NCBI GenBank assembly: GCA_965217775.1
Contig: CBDCJH010000002.1
Location: 2,336,001-2,400,000, forward strand
DNA: 64,000 nt
DNA from: Acidobacteriota bacterium
GTDB taxonomy: Bacteria > Acidobacteriota > UBA6911 > RPQK01 > JAJDTT01
Direction of reading: 5' to 3'
Shown: one piece after another, positions 10,000 through 20,276 of the stretch
Position numbering within the stretch: the first letter of the stretch is position 1
Layout: every line of letters starts with the position of its first letter
Position numbers and translations under genes: made by a program
The notes under the pieces: generated by a model
What the model was told of the DNA's origin: nothing
The model's database searches: none
The model's input: only the letters and a program-made list of their open reading frames with translations

Positions 10000-11289
10000 A
10001 TGCGGAGCGGAAACGAGGAACAGACGACAGTGGAGACTCCCAACCCCGAGACGGTCACCCGGGACATGGACCGGCACAACTCCTGGGTCTTCGCCATCTC
10101 CCATCTCCTCATCTACTTCGCCTCTCCGGTGGTCTACGTGGGGATCGTTCAGGCGGCTCTGTGCGACAAGCTGGGAGCCGGCGCCGCGGTGGCCAACCTC
10201 CCCAACTCGGCCTACTTCCTGGGATTCTTCTTTCCCGTCATCCTCTCCTGGACCCTGGCCTACCGCTTCGAGCGGAACGTGGTGGTGGCGGCCAACCTGG
10301 TGACCTCATCCTCCCTGGTCCTGGTGGCGCTCTCACTCTTCCTGCCGGTGGCGGACTCGATCCGCCTGGGGGTGGTCATCGGTCAGGGGCTGGTCCTGGG
10401 CTTGGCGGACTCCTCCTCCATCGTCTACATGTACCAGTGCCTGAAACGGGGCACGAGCCTGAAGGGCCGGGCCCGCTGCCTGAAATGGACCTTCGCCTTC
10501 ACACCCATCCTGGCGGTGGTGGGGAACCTGCTGGCCCAGTTCATCCTCGACGGAGGGATTCCTTTTCTGTCGCATCCCCAGGACTTCGGACTTCTCTACC
10601 TGCTGGCCGCGGGCTGCACGGGTGGAGTCGCCTTCCTGGCCACGCGCTTCCGTCTGACGGAGATCGCCGAGAAGAAACCGCCCTTCGCCGAGACCATGAA
10701 GACCACGTTCCGGTCCTATCTCCAAGTCCGGACCCTCTTCCTGATCTGGATCGCGTACTTGCTCCTGTTCCTGGCCTGGAACTCCATGACCAACCTCTCT
10801 CTCTACAGCCGAGAGGCCCTGGGGGCCGATCCCAAGGACTACGCCGGTTACATGAACGCCCTCCGCTTCGGATTCAAGGCCGTCACCGGTTTCGCTCTGG
10901 GGGTGATCATGATCCGCTGGGGGATCCGGGCGCCCCTGGTGACGACGGTGCTCCTGACGGCCGCAGGCATCCTCTGGGCCTGGGTGGTCCCGGGCCACGC
11001 CTTCCTGATGGCCTTCGCCTTCATGGGCGGAGGGGAACTGGCGGGCGCCTACTTTCCCAACTACGTCATCAGCGTCTCCGCGGCGGCCGCGGCGGCCCGG
11101 AACAACGCTTTCCTTTCACTGGTGCTTCCCGTCAGCTCCTTTGCACCGGCGCTCCACGGCGCCCTCGCCGACGCCTTCGGCTTTCCCGCCAGCTTCGCGT
11201 TCGGCCTGGCTATGGCGGCTCTGGCGCTGACGCTGGTGTTGTGCTTGCCGGCCCGGGCGGAGACAATCGCTGCCAAGTCTCATGACTGA
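10000..11289 (+). CDS. MFS-like membrane transporter
   Basis: About 12 hydrophobic segments in a 6+6 arrangement; C-terminal LHGALADAFGF motif; overlaps the next gene. Confidence 0.7.
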   Translation: MRSGNEEQTTVETPNPETVTRDMDRHNSWVFAISHLLIYFASPVVYVGIVQAALCDKLGAGAAVANLPNSAYFLGFFFPVILSWTLAYRFERNVVVAANLVTSSSLVLVALSLFLPVADSIRLGVVIGQGLVLGLADSSSIVYMYQCLKRGTSLKGRARCLKWTFAFTPILAVVGNLLAQFILDGGIPFLSHPQDFGLLYLLAAGCTGGVAFLATRFRLTEIAEKKPPFAETMKTTFRSYLQVRTLFLIWIAYLLLFLAWNSMTNLSLYSREALGADPKDYAGYMNALRFGFKAVTGFALGVIMIRWGIRAPLVTTVLLTAAGILWAWVVPGHAFLMAFAFMGGGELAGAYFPNYVISVSAAAAAARNNAFLSLVLPVSSFAPALHGALADAFGFPASFAFGLAMAALALTLVLCLPARAETIAAKSHD

Positions 11290-12052
11290 TCAGACCGCAC
11301 GCATCGGAATCCTGTACCCGTTCCAATCGGCGGAAGACGACTATCCTCGCATGGCTCCCATGGTCCGCCCCGAGGTGCGGATGGAAGTCGTCCACACCAC
11401 CATCGCGGAGGACGCCCACCGCGAGGACGCCTGTCTGGCCACGGGAGACGTGAAGCGGCTCCTGGAGGGCGCCCGTAATTTGGCTCCCAAGAAGGTGGAC
11501 GCCGCCATGTGGGCCTGCACCAGCGGCAGCTTCGTCTACGGATTGGAAGGGGCCAGGGATCAGGTCCGGCCGGTTGCCGACTTCCTGGGAGTCCCTGTCT
11601 CCAGCACTTCCCTGGCCTTCGTCTCGGCCCTCCATTTCCTGGGCATCCGTCGCGTGGCGGTGGCCGCCAGCTATCCCCGGGACGTGACCCTGCTGCTGAA
11701 ACAGTTCCTTTCCGATGCCGGTGTCCGGACCGTCCATCTGGACTGCCTGGACATCGTCACCGGGGTGGAGGTGGCCCTCTTGAACCAGGAACAGGTCACG
11801 CGGTTCGTCTGCGGCAACGATCACGCCGAGGCCGAAGCCATCGTGGTCCCGGACACGGCCATGCACTCGGCCGGCTGGGTCGCCGACCTGGAAGAAGCCG
11901 TCGGAGGCAAGCCGGTCCTGACGGCGAATCAGGTGACCCTCTGGCAGGCGCTTCAACTCGTCGACGGAGGATCCTTCCACGTGGACGAGTCCATGGGTTC
12001 TCTATTCTGTGCCGGAACCGCCCGCCCGGCGTCGAGTTCCGGCGGAGAATGA
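11282..12052 (+). CDS. Asp/Glu racemase / maleate isomerase / AMDase family protein
   Basis: IGILYP, WACTSGSF, LGIRRVAVAASY, VPDTAMH, KPVLTANQVTLW. Confidence 0.85.
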   Translation: MTDQTARIGILYPFQSAEDDYPRMAPMVRPEVRMEVVHTTIAEDAHREDACLATGDVKRLLEGARNLAPKKVDAAMWACTSGSFVYGLEGARDQVRPVADFLGVPVSSTSLAFVSALHFLGIRRVAVAASYPRDVTLLLKQFLSDAGVRTVHLDCLDIVTGVEVALLNQEQVTRFVCGNDHAEAEAIVVPDTAMHSAGWVADLEEAVGGKPVLTANQVTLWQALQLVDGGSFHVDESMGSLFCAGTARPASSSGGE

Positions 12053-12079
12053 ATCCGGACCCCAAAGGAGAAGACGGAC

Positions 12080-13243
12080 ATGCCCATCCCCAGAGAGCCC
12101 GCCTTCGACGTCGCCGAGTACCGGCGCCGGCTGGAACGGGTCCATCGATCCATGGCCTCCCGGTCCCTAGGCGCCCTGGTCCTGTTCAGCCCCCACAACG
12201 TCTTCTACCTCTCGGGGATGGATACGGAGAACCTGTCCGACTACCAGTGCCTGCTGGTCCCGGCCGGCGACGACCCGATTCTGGTCACGTCCCACTTCGA
12301 GGAGGCCCGGGCCGCGAACTCGTGCTGGCACCGCGGCCAGGTGTTCTACGGACCGTTCGAGAACCCGATCCAAGTGACGCTGGATGCGGTGCGCCGGCTG
12401 AAGGTCCGGACTCTGGGCCTGGAACGGCGCAACCGGGCGGTCTCGCCAGACCACTATCAGTCGTTGGCAGGGGAATTGTCCGACCTGCGGATCGACGATC
12501 CATTCGGCGTGGTGGAACATTCCCGGCTGGTCAAATCGCCGGCCGAGATCGCCTGCATGCGCCGGGCCGCCATCCTCACCGATCTCGGAGTCGAGGCGGC
12601 CTACGGCGCCATGAGCGAGGGCCAACGGGATTCGGACGTGGCGGCCGCCATCATGGAGGCCATGTACGGCAACGGCAGCGACACCGTCTGCTGGGGACCC
12701 ATCGTGGCCGCCGGCTACCGCGCGGGGAGCGCCCACAGCACCTTCATGGGGCTGCCGCTACGCCGGGGGCAGACCGTCTTCCTGGAGCTGACGGCCCAGG
12801 TGCGGCGTTATGTGGCACCCCTCATGCGAACTGCCGTTTTGGGACCGCCGACCGACGACATGAAGCGCGTGGAAGCGGCCGGCCGCGCGGCGCTCGCCTG
12901 CATCCTGGAGGAGGCCCGGCCCGGCGTCCCGGCCGCCCACGTGGCCCGCACGGCCCTGGCGATCCTGGAGCCGGTCCTTCCCGGACACGTCTTCCACTAC
13001 AACTTCGGCTATCCGGTGGGAATCGGCTACCCACCAAGCTGGATCGAAGAGTTGGACTTTCTCATGCGCACCGACAATCCGAGGCCGCTGGAGGCCGGCA
13101 TGACCTTCCACCTCCCCATGTCGGTCCGCAAGTACGGCGAGTACGGAGTCAACCTGAGCCAGACCATCCTGGTGGGAGAAGACGAGACCGAGGCCCTCGC
13201 TCGGACTCCGGCGCGGTTGCACCAGATCAGATTCGGGAATTAG
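12080..13243 (+). CDS. M24 (creatinase/prolidase) family hydrolase, ectoine-hydrolase-like
   Basis: EYRRRL, NVFYLSG, RLVKSPAEIACMRRAA, RYVAPLMRT, GYPVGIGYPPSW, LEAGMTFH; GGAG RBS. Confidence 0.85.
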   Translation: MPIPREPAFDVAEYRRRLERVHRSMASRSLGALVLFSPHNVFYLSGMDTENLSDYQCLLVPAGDDPILVTSHFEEARAANSCWHRGQVFYGPFENPIQVTLDAVRRLKVRTLGLERRNRAVSPDHYQSLAGELSDLRIDDPFGVVEHSRLVKSPAEIACMRRAAILTDLGVEAAYGAMSEGQRDSDVAAAIMEAMYGNGSDTVCWGPIVAAGYRAGSAHSTFMGLPLRRGQTVFLELTAQVRRYVAPLMRTAVLGPPTDDMKRVEAAGRAALACILEEARPGVPAAHVARTALAILEPVLPGHVFHYNFGYPVGIGYPPSWIEELDFLMRTDNPRPLEAGMTFHLPMSVRKYGEYGVNLSQTILVGEDETEALARTPARLHQIRFGN

Positions 13244-13322
13244 AAATTAAGGATCCGGGAGTCGGCGTCTGGAGACCGATGCCGTCCCAAACCCAACTTC
13301 AAGACCAACCGGAGAGGACAGC

Positions 13323-14381
13323 ATGATCGAAGCGCTTCGAGGCAAGATTCAGACGGTGACCGGCCCCATCGAACCGGACGATCTGGGGGTGACGCTGATT
13401 CACGAGCACCTTTATTTCGACCTGACCTGCTACTACCAGCCGCCGCAGGACGAGAAGGGAGAACGGCTGACGGACCAGGAACTGAGCCTGTCTAATCTGG
13501 GCTGGGTCCGGAACAACACCATGACTTCACGGCCCAACCTCCGGTCCTATGACGACGACGTCATCGCCTCGGAAGTCGAGCTCTACATGGACCTGGGCGG
13601 ACGAGCCATGGTGGACTGCACCATCAACGGCATCGAGCCCAATCCGGCCGGTCTCAGGAGGATCGCCGAGAGAACCGGTTTGCACGTAATCGCCGGCAGC
13701 GGATATTACATCTATCCCTCCCATCCCCCGGACATGGACTCCAAGACCATCGACGACATCCAGGACGAGATCGTCGGGGACCTCACCCGGGGCGGGCACG
13801 GAACCGACGTCCTCTCGGGCCTCATCGGCGAGCTGGGGGCTTCCTGGCCCTTGCATCCCAACGAAGAGAAAACCTTCCGGGCGGGAGCCCGGGCGCACCT
13901 GGAAACCGGCGCCCCCATCTCGGTCCACCCCGGACACGACCCCGACTCTCCCCGCTCCCTCATCGAGCTGCTGAAGGAAGAGGGCGTGCAACCCGACCGG
14001 GTCATCATGAGCCACATCGAGAACCGTTATCGCGAAGACCTGGACCGCTACAAGCGCCTGGCCGACACCGGCTGCATGCTGGGATTCGACACTTACGGAC
14101 GGGATATGTACTTTGCCGGCGCGGGCCGCCAGCATCCGCCCGACGACCTCCGAAACCACATCATCGCCACCCTGGTGGCCGACGGCTACGCCGAGTCCGT
14201 CACGGCGGCTCAGGACTGCTGCTTCCAGTGCGACCTGGTCACTTACGGCGGGAACGGCTACGGGCACATCCTGGAGAACATCGTGCCCCGGCTCGGGAAC
14301 CTGGGGGTGGACGAAAAGGCCCTCCACCAGATCCTGGTGGAGAATCCCAAACGGGTCCTGACGTTCCGCGATCCCAGCTGA
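13323..14381 (+). CDS. Phosphotriesterase-family (PHP) amidohydrolase
   Basis: IQTVTGPI...LGVTLIHEHL, GLIGELG, ETGAPISVH, VIMSH, ILVENPKRVL. Confidence 0.9.
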   Translation: MIEALRGKIQTVTGPIEPDDLGVTLIHEHLYFDLTCYYQPPQDEKGERLTDQELSLSNLGWVRNNTMTSRPNLRSYDDDVIASEVELYMDLGGRAMVDCTINGIEPNPAGLRRIAERTGLHVIAGSGYYIYPSHPPDMDSKTIDDIQDEIVGDLTRGGHGTDVLSGLIGELGASWPLHPNEEKTFRAGARAHLETGAPISVHPGHDPDSPRSLIELLKEEGVQPDRVIMSHIENRYREDLDRYKRLADTGCMLGFDTYGRDMYFAGAGRQHPPDDLRNHIIATLVADGYAESVTAAQDCCFQCDLVTYGGNGYGHILENIVPRLGNLGVDEKALHQILVENPKRVLTFRDPS

Positions 14382-14489
14382 TCACGCAGCGCCGGCGGAT
14401 TGGGAGCGGCGACTTTCTTGTCGCCGATTGGGGGGGCAGGGGGGACGGAGTCCCCACTTTACAGCCCCGACTCCTCCAAAAACAAAAGA

Positions 14490-14514
14490 GGACGCCCACA
14501 AGGAGCGCCCCCAA
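14490..14514. repeat. REP-like palindrome, second family (GGGCGCCCACAAGGGGCGCCCCTA type)
   Basis: GGACGCCCACAAGGAGCGCCCCCAA here; inverted near-copy TAGGGGCGCCCCTTGTGGGCGCCC at 31327-31350. Confidence 0.6.
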
Positions 14515-14552
14515 TTCCGTCGGTCGCACCGCCGGTCAAATCCCGGCGGCCT

Positions 14553-16181
14553 CTATTGCGTGGCTCCGGCCTCGGTAAGAATTCCCACGATGTTGCCGTA
14601 ACCCTGCTGGACCGCCAACTTCAGGGCGCTGCGGCCGTCGTTTCCTTTGACGTTGACGTCGGCGCCGTTCTCGACCAGCACCTGGACCACGTCGGCTTCC
14701 TTCCCCGCGACCGCCAGCATAAGTGCGTTCCAGCCATTGTAGTTGGTGGCCTTGAGGTCGGCGCCACCCGCCAACAGGGAACGGACCATTTCCGCCTCCC
14801 CTTCCGAAGCCGCATGCATCAACGGGGTCCAATCGGCGTTGAGACGGAAGTTGACCCGAGCTCCACCCTGGATCAGAGCTTCCACCGTGTCGGCATGTCC
14901 TTCGTTGATGGCCAGCATCAGACAGGGAAGACCATCCTTGGTCTTGGAGTTCACGTTGGCCCCCTTGGCCATCAAGAGCTTTGCCGCCTCCGTCTGTCCC
15001 TGGTTGGCGGCGATGAGGACGGCCGTCCAGCCGGTCCGGCGGGAGCGAGTTTTGACTCTGGAACCGGCGTCGACGAGCAGGTTCATGCTCCCGACATGCC
15101 CTCCTTCCGCTGCCGCCATAAGTGGAGTCTGGTCCCCCCTGTCGCCGGCATCCCGGAAATAGCGAAGAGACCGCGGCCACTTCTTGCGGCCCCTCTCCAG
15201 CAGCAGCGTCAAGGTCTCGTCGTGACCCTTACTCGCAGCGAGCCAGACGCCGTTTCGGCCATCGCCGTCCTTGCCATCCAACTGGGCGCCCTTATCCGCG
15301 ATCAGCTCGACCATGGCGGTCTGTCCTCGACCCGCCGCCCAGAGCAAGGCGGTACGCTTGTCCGCGTCCTTGTAGTCCACACGCGCTCCCTGCTCCAACA
15401 GCACCTTCGCCGTCTCCACATGCCCTTCACCCGACGCCACCATGAGTGGAGTCCAACCCAGCTTGGTGTAGGCATTGACGTCGGCCCCCTTGGAAAGAAA
15501 ATCGGAGACCATCTCGGTATGACCGCCGGTTGCGGCGAAGAGGAGGGGAGTCCGACCCGAGTTGTCCGTTTCCTTGACGTTGGCGCCGGCGTCTTCCAAA
15601 GCCCGGACCACCGCCATATACCCTCCTTCGGCGGCGCGCATTATGGCCGTTCGTCCTGCGGCGTCCTTGGCCCCGACCTCAGCCCCCTTCTTCAAAAGGA
15701 ATTCCACCATCGCCGTCTGTCCCTCGGCGGCTGCCAAAGCCAGCGGCCGCTCGCCCCGCCGGCTCTCGCCATCCAGCGGCCCTCCCAGTCCCAGGAGGGC
15801 GTCCACGGCCTCGACGTGCCCCTTTTCTACGGCATACATCAGCGCCGTCTTTCCGTCCGGGTCAGTCCGAGCCAGTTCGGCGCCACCCGCCACCAGGGCC
15901 TGGATCACGCCTGTATGCCCCTCCTCCGCCGCCCTGACCAGGAGGGACTTGCCGCCATAGACGCGGTTGGGATCGGCGCCCTGCACGATGAGATCTTCCA
16001 CATCGGAAGCCTCGCCGGCCGCCACCGCATCCTCCATCTCCCGCCGGACGTTGGAGGAGCAGCTCACCGAAACCAGTAACAGGAGCAGAAGAAGACCAAA
16101 ACTATTTGATTGACACAGTGCCCGGATCATTCGAAACCACCTCCAAGATTCACCTACACCATTCCGCCGAGGTGAGCGCAT
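14553..16181 (-). CDS. Ankyrin-repeat protein, probably a lipoprotein
   Basis: About 14 GxTALxxAAxxGHxxxVxxLLxxGA repeats after a hydrophobic stretch ending VSC. True start probably near 16130. Confidence 0.9.
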   Translation of the reverse strand: MRSPRRNGVGESWRWFRMIRALCQSNSFGLLLLLLLVSVSCSSNVRREMEDAVAAGEASDVEDLIVQGADPNRVYGGKSLLVRAAEEGHTGVIQALVAGGAELARTDPDGKTALMYAVEKGHVEAVDALLGLGGPLDGESRRGERPLALAAAEGQTAMVEFLLKKGAEVGAKDAAGRTAIMRAAEGGYMAVVRALEDAGANVKETDNSGRTPLLFAATGGHTEMVSDFLSKGADVNAYTKLGWTPLMVASGEGHVETAKVLLEQGARVDYKDADKRTALLWAAGRGQTAMVELIADKGAQLDGKDGDGRNGVWLAASKGHDETLTLLLERGRKKWPRSLRYFRDAGDRGDQTPLMAAAEGGHVGSMNLLVDAGSRVKTRSRRTGWTAVLIAANQGQTEAAKLLMAKGANVNSKTKDGLPCLMLAINEGHADTVEALIQGGARVNFRLNADWTPLMHAASEGEAEMVRSLLAGGADLKATNYNGWNALMLAVAGKEADVVQVLVENGADVNVKGNDGRSALKLAVQQGYGNIVGILTEAGATQ

Positions 16182-16275
16182 ATCTTAGCCGGAGGACCGG
16201 CGGCGAGACAACCTGACGACCGCGCCCATCCGATCTCCGGCGTAGACTCGAACCCGCCGATTCCGTGCGACGCCC

Positions 16276-16440
16276 TAGGAGCCTGCGCCGCAGAAATTGA
16301 TCTACTGCGAAAGCGGTAGAATCGGTCCGGATTTCCCCGATTTCTCGGCGAATAGAACAACTATGCACCTCCAAATCGAGAAAATCCGGCCTCGATTCCC
16401 CACTTTCTCGCTACGATCATTTCTACCGCGCAGACTCCTA
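16276..16440. mobile_element. Fold-back MITE-like element
   Basis: Ends TA-GGAGCCTGCGCCGCAGAAATTGATC ... GATCATTTCTACCGCGCAGACTCC-TA; the imperfect inversion continues for about 65 bp; no coding capacity. Confidence 0.6.
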
Positions 16441-16483
16441 AGTTGGATTTCAGTTAGGGTCGAAAAGATCAAAAGTGAGAGAA

Positions 16484-17539
16484 TCACACGACAAAGATGG
16501 GCGGCGCGGCGTCGGTGAGCTTCACGGCGACGGGCGCGCCAACGTTTAGCGACGAGGTATCGGTCCGTAGGGTCCGGAAACTCGCAAGCTCCGTTCCCGA
16601 AGGCAGCCGCACACGGTAGCGTTCGTGGGAGCCGCGAAACGCACGCTCGACGACGACGCCTGGTCCGGCGCGACTCGGCGTGACCTCAAGCTCGTGCGGT
16701 CTGACGGCAACCATCACCTTTGTCCCGACCGCGAGCGAGTCGGAACCCCGAGCCGGTCCCAGCTCAGTCTCGACCCCCACCCTCGTGACGACACCGGGCA
16801 GGAACGTGGCATCCAGCACGAATTCCGCAACGAACCGGCTGCCCGGACGATCGTGAAGGTCGCGGGCCGAGCCCACTTGCTCGAGCCTTGCATGGCGCAT
16901 CACTGCCACCCGGTCCGCGATCTGAAAAGCCTCCTCCCGGTCGTGCGTGACGACGATGGCGGCGCGTCCGGCATGTTTCAGGATCCGCCGAAGCTCTTTA
17001 CACAAGCTCGTGCGCAGGGCCGCGTCCAGGTTCGACAGCGGCTCGTCCAGCAGCAGCAGCTCGCACCCTGGAGCGAGCGCCCGCGCGAGCGCGGTGCGCT
17101 GCTGTTGGCCGCCGGAAAGCTGGTGCGGAAAGCGTGATTCCATCCCCTTGAGGCCGCACAAATCCATCGTTTCGCGAGCGCGCCGCGCGCGAGCGGCGGG
17201 GGTGAGTCCGGTCAGTCCGAACTCGACGTTTCTTCGGACATCCAAATGTGGAAACAGCGCGTAGTCCTGGAAGACGAAACCGATGCGACGCTCTTCAGGC
17301 GGGAGCTCGACCTCGTCACTCTGTACGATTCGACCCCCAATGCGAATCGTGCCACGGTCCGGTGTCTCGAATCCGGCGATCAGTCGAAGGGTCGTCGTCT
17401 TGCCGCACCCGCTCGGACCGAGAAGCGCCAGGATTTCACCCTTCGGCATCGAGAACGATACGTCCGACACGGCCGGCGACGGCGAGCCTTCGAAAGTCTT
17501 GTCAAGGCCGTCGAGGGACAGGAAGACGTCCGTCATCAC
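16484..17539 (-). CDS. fbpC: Fe(III) ABC transporter ATP-binding subunit
   Basis: GPSGCGKTT, IGFVFQDYALFPH, LSGGQQQR, LLLDEP, C-terminal TOBE domain; operon context. Confidence 0.85.
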   Translation of the reverse strand: MMTDVFLSLDGLDKTFEGSPSPAVSDVSFSMPKGEILALLGPSGCGKTTTLRLIAGFETPDRGTIRIGGRIVQSDEVELPPEERRIGFVFQDYALFPHLDVRRNVEFGLTGLTPAARARRARETMDLCGLKGMESRFPHQLSGGQQQRTALARALAPGCELLLLDEPLSNLDAALRTSLCKELRRILKHAGRAAIVVTHDREEAFQIADRVAVMRHARLEQVGSARDLHDRPGSRFVAEFVLDATFLPGVVTRVGVETELGPARGSDSLAVGTKVMVAVRPHELEVTPSRAGPGVVVERAFRGSHERYRVRLPSGTELASFRTLRTDTSSLNVGAPVAVKLTDAAPPIFVV

Positions 17540-19168
17540 TTATGGCCTCGCCTCGTTCGTGCCCCGAAGTCTGGTCAGCACGATAACCGGCAAGATCCCG
17601 GCTGCGACGATCGAGAGTGCCGGGGCAGACGCTTCCGTCCACATCGACTCGGCCGTTCGCTGCCACACTTCCACGGCGAGTGTGTCGACACCGAACGGGC
17701 GAACCAGCATCGTTGCCGGCATTTCCTTCATCACATCGACGAAGACGAGAATGAGAGCGGTCAAAAGGGAACCTCGAAGCAGCGGGAGATGAATGCGGCC
17801 CAGCACGCGAACCGGTCCCGCGCCGAGACCGCGCGCACTCTCGTCCATGCTACCCGAGATCCGGGTGAGCCCGGACTCCACCGAGAAGAACGCCACCGAG
17901 ATAAAGCGCACGAGATACGCGAACAACAGCCCGAACGCCGAGCCGGTCAGAATCAATCCGGCATCGAAGTCCCCGAACCATCCGAGAGCGGAGTTGATGA
18001 TGCCGTCGGCGCGGGCGAGCGTCAACAGAACGCCGACGGCGATGACGGAGCCTGGTATGGCGTAGCCGAGACTCGCAAAACGAGCCGCGAGCGACAGAGC
18101 GCGCGAACGAGTGGAACGGGTCGAATACGCGAGGACGATTGCCGCCAAGACCGCGAGCAGGCTGGCGGACGCCGCGAGCGCGAGCGTGTTGCCCAAGAGC
18201 TCCGGAAAATTTCTCGGAAGCAGCGACGCTTCCGCCGCACGGAGGCTCCAGTAGACGAGAACACCGGTCGGAACCACAAAGGCGGCCGCGAGAACGCTCG
18301 AAACGAACGCCGTCGCCGCCCAGCCTTTTATTCCCGTAAGCGGGGGAAGCGTTCGAGCGACGTTTCGTCCATGAGCTTGAACGAATCGCATACGACCCCG
18401 CGCCCGCTGCTCCAGAGCGACGAGTGTCAATGCGAACAGCATGAGTATCACCGCGAGCTGGCCCGCCGCGACCCGGTCGAACATCCCGAACCAGACGCGA
18501 TAGATGGCCGTCGTGAGCGTTCGATAGCCGAACACGGAGACGGTTCCAAAGTCCGCGAGCGTCTCCATGAGAGCGAGTGTGACGCCGGTGGCAATTGCCG
18601 GTCGCGCCAGCGGCAATCCAACTCTCCGGAATACGGCTGTCGAACGGCATCCCAGGCTTCGCGCCACTTCGGTGAGGTTCGCCCCGAGCTCGCGAAACGC
18701 CGTCAGGGCGAGCAGATAGACATACGGATACACGACCAGGCTCATTGCGAGAACGACGCCTCCGTACGACCGCACGTTCGGAAATCGCCAACTGAGGTTC
18801 AGAGTCTCGCGGAAAAACGTGGGGACGGGCCCTGCAAACTCGAAGAGCGCCACAAAAACGAAGCCGATGACGTACGTCGGAACGGCGAGCGGCAGGACGA
18901 GCGCCCACTCGAAGACATCACGGCCCGGAAACCGCCGGGTCGCGACGAGCCACGCGGAAACCGTCCCCATGAGGCCGGCGAGCGCGCCGACCCCCAGCAG
19001 GAGCCAGAGAGTGTTCGACAGAAGCTCCCAGAGAATCGTGTCTGCGAGGTGGCGCCACACGTCCCCTCGCGGAGAGGTCAGATTGAACGCGACGCCAAGG
19101 ACCGGGAGCGCGACGAGCGCGGCCGTGAGCCACGCTCCGACGGTGAGGGCTCGCGAGCTTCGAGCCAT
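17540..19168 (-). CDS. fbpB: Fe(III) ABC transporter permease
   Basis: Two BPD_transp_1 domains: LPLAVPTYV, METLADFGTV, YAIPGSVIAVG, DVMKEMPAT. Confidence 0.85.
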   Translation of the reverse strand: MARSSRALTVGAWLTAALVALPVLGVAFNLTSPRGDVWRHLADTILWELLSNTLWLLLGVGALAGLMGTVSAWLVATRRFPGRDVFEWALVLPLAVPTYVIGFVFVALFEFAGPVPTFFRETLNLSWRFPNVRSYGGVVLAMSLVVYPYVYLLALTAFRELGANLTEVARSLGCRSTAVFRRVGLPLARPAIATGVTLALMETLADFGTVSVFGYRTLTTAIYRVWFGMFDRVAAGQLAVILMLFALTLVALEQRARGRMRFVQAHGRNVARTLPPLTGIKGWAATAFVSSVLAAAFVVPTGVLVYWSLRAAEASLLPRNFPELLGNTLALAASASLLAVLAAIVLAYSTRSTRSRALSLAARFASLGYAIPGSVIAVGVLLTLARADGIINSALGWFGDFDAGLILTGSAFGLLFAYLVRFISVAFFSVESGLTRISGSMDESARGLGAGPVRVLGRIHLPLLRGSLLTALILVFVDVMKEMPATMLVRPFGVDTLAVEVWQRTAESMWTEASAPALSIVAAGILPVIVLTRLRGTNEARP

Positions 19169-19174
19169 GAGAAA

Positions 19175-20176
19175 CTACCGGTAGCCGGCACGGTCGGCGA
19201 GCTTGATCGCGGCCGCCTGATTCTCACCGGCCGCAGCGACGCCCACCTGCTCTGGTTTGAAGACGCCCCAGTCTTTCAGGATCGGGTGCGGTTCCGCAGC
19301 AGGGTTTGCCGGATACTCGAAACTGCTCGCGGCAAGGGTCTCTTGAGCCTCGGCGGAGGTCATGAACTCGAGGAGTCGCACGGCGTTTTCCTTGTTCTTC
19401 GCGTACTTGGTGACACCCGCTCCCGAGATGTTCACGTGGGTCCCGGTCGTCTCCCGGTTGGCCCAGAATGGCGCGACCGGTAGATCCGGCTCTTTGGACA
19501 GGATGCGCGCGAGGTAGTAGCTGTTGGTGATGCCGACGTCGCACTGCCCCGCCGCGATCGCGCGGAGGACGGGCCGATCCGAATTGACGATCTCCGGCTC
19601 GTTCTCGACCCAGCCCCCAATCATCTTCTCCACTGCCGCTTCGCCGTGAACTCCGATCGCCGAGGCGAGCAAAGACTGGTTGTAGATGCTGTTCGACGTG
19701 CGCAAGCAGATGCGGCCCTTCCATTTCGGATCCGCCAGCGCCGCGTACGTCGAGAGCTCCGAAGGCTTCACGCGCTCGGTGCTGTACATGATCGTGCGCG
19801 CGCGAACAGCGAGGCCGAACCACCGGTTCTCCGGATCACGGAGGTGCGCCGGGACGTTCCTCATCAGAACGTCGGATTCGATGGACATGAGGAGTCCTTC
19901 GCGGGCCGCATTCCACAGATTCCCGGCGTCGACCGTCACCATGACGTCGGCCTGGGTGTTGGCGCCCTCGGCCCGCAACCGTTCGAAGACCTCGTTGTTG
20001 TTGCCCATGAAGAAGTTGACCTTGATTCCGGTCTTCTCGGTGAACAGCTCGAAGGCGGGCTCGGACCCGTAGTGCGAGCGCGCCGAATAGACGTTGACCT
20101 CTTGTGCATTCGCTATCCCTATCAGAATCAACGAAATAGCGGCCAGGATGACAAACCGCCGGTAGTTCGGGTTCAT
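19175..20176 (-). CDS. fbpA: Fe(III) ABC transporter substrate-binding protein (FbpA/FutA family)
   Basis: VNVYSAR, TVDAGNL, YNQSLLAS, NSYYLAR, HVNISGAGVTK, EYP; AAGGAG RBS before the ATG at 20176. Confidence 0.85.
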   Translation of the reverse strand: MNPNYRRFVILAAISLILIGIANAQEVNVYSARSHYGSEPAFELFTEKTGIKVNFFMGNNNEVFERLRAEGANTQADVMVTVDAGNLWNAAREGLLMSIESDVLMRNVPAHLRDPENRWFGLAVRARTIMYSTERVKPSELSTYAALADPKWKGRICLRTSNSIYNQSLLASAIGVHGEAAVEKMIGGWVENEPEIVNSDRPVLRAIAAGQCDVGITNSYYLARILSKEPDLPVAPFWANRETTGTHVNISGAGVTKYAKNKENAVRLLEFMTSAEAQETLAASSFEYPANPAAEPHPILKDWGVFKPEQVGVAAAGENQAAAIKLADRAGYR

Positions 20177-20210
20177 GATGCTGTATCTCCTTATCGAACG
20201 TGCCTGTATA

Positions 20211-20231
20211 TGAAAATGAAATTCGTTTTCA
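20211..20231. promoter_or_regulatory. Fur-box-like operator
   Basis: TGAAAATGAAATTCGTTTTCA inverted repeat; 14/19 match to GATAATGATAATCATTATC; about 35 bp upstream of the iron ABC operon. Confidence 0.75.
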
Positions 20232-20276
20232 AAATCAACCATGGCTTGCCCGCAGGGAGAGTTTTGAGATCGCCGG

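Noticed and set aside
17246-19483. Long antisense or alternate-frame ORFs (745 aa here; also 20886-23060, 11509-13326, 39673-41448, 33099-34754)
   Set aside because: Shadow ORFs of GC-rich genes with recognisable products in another frame; no motifs.
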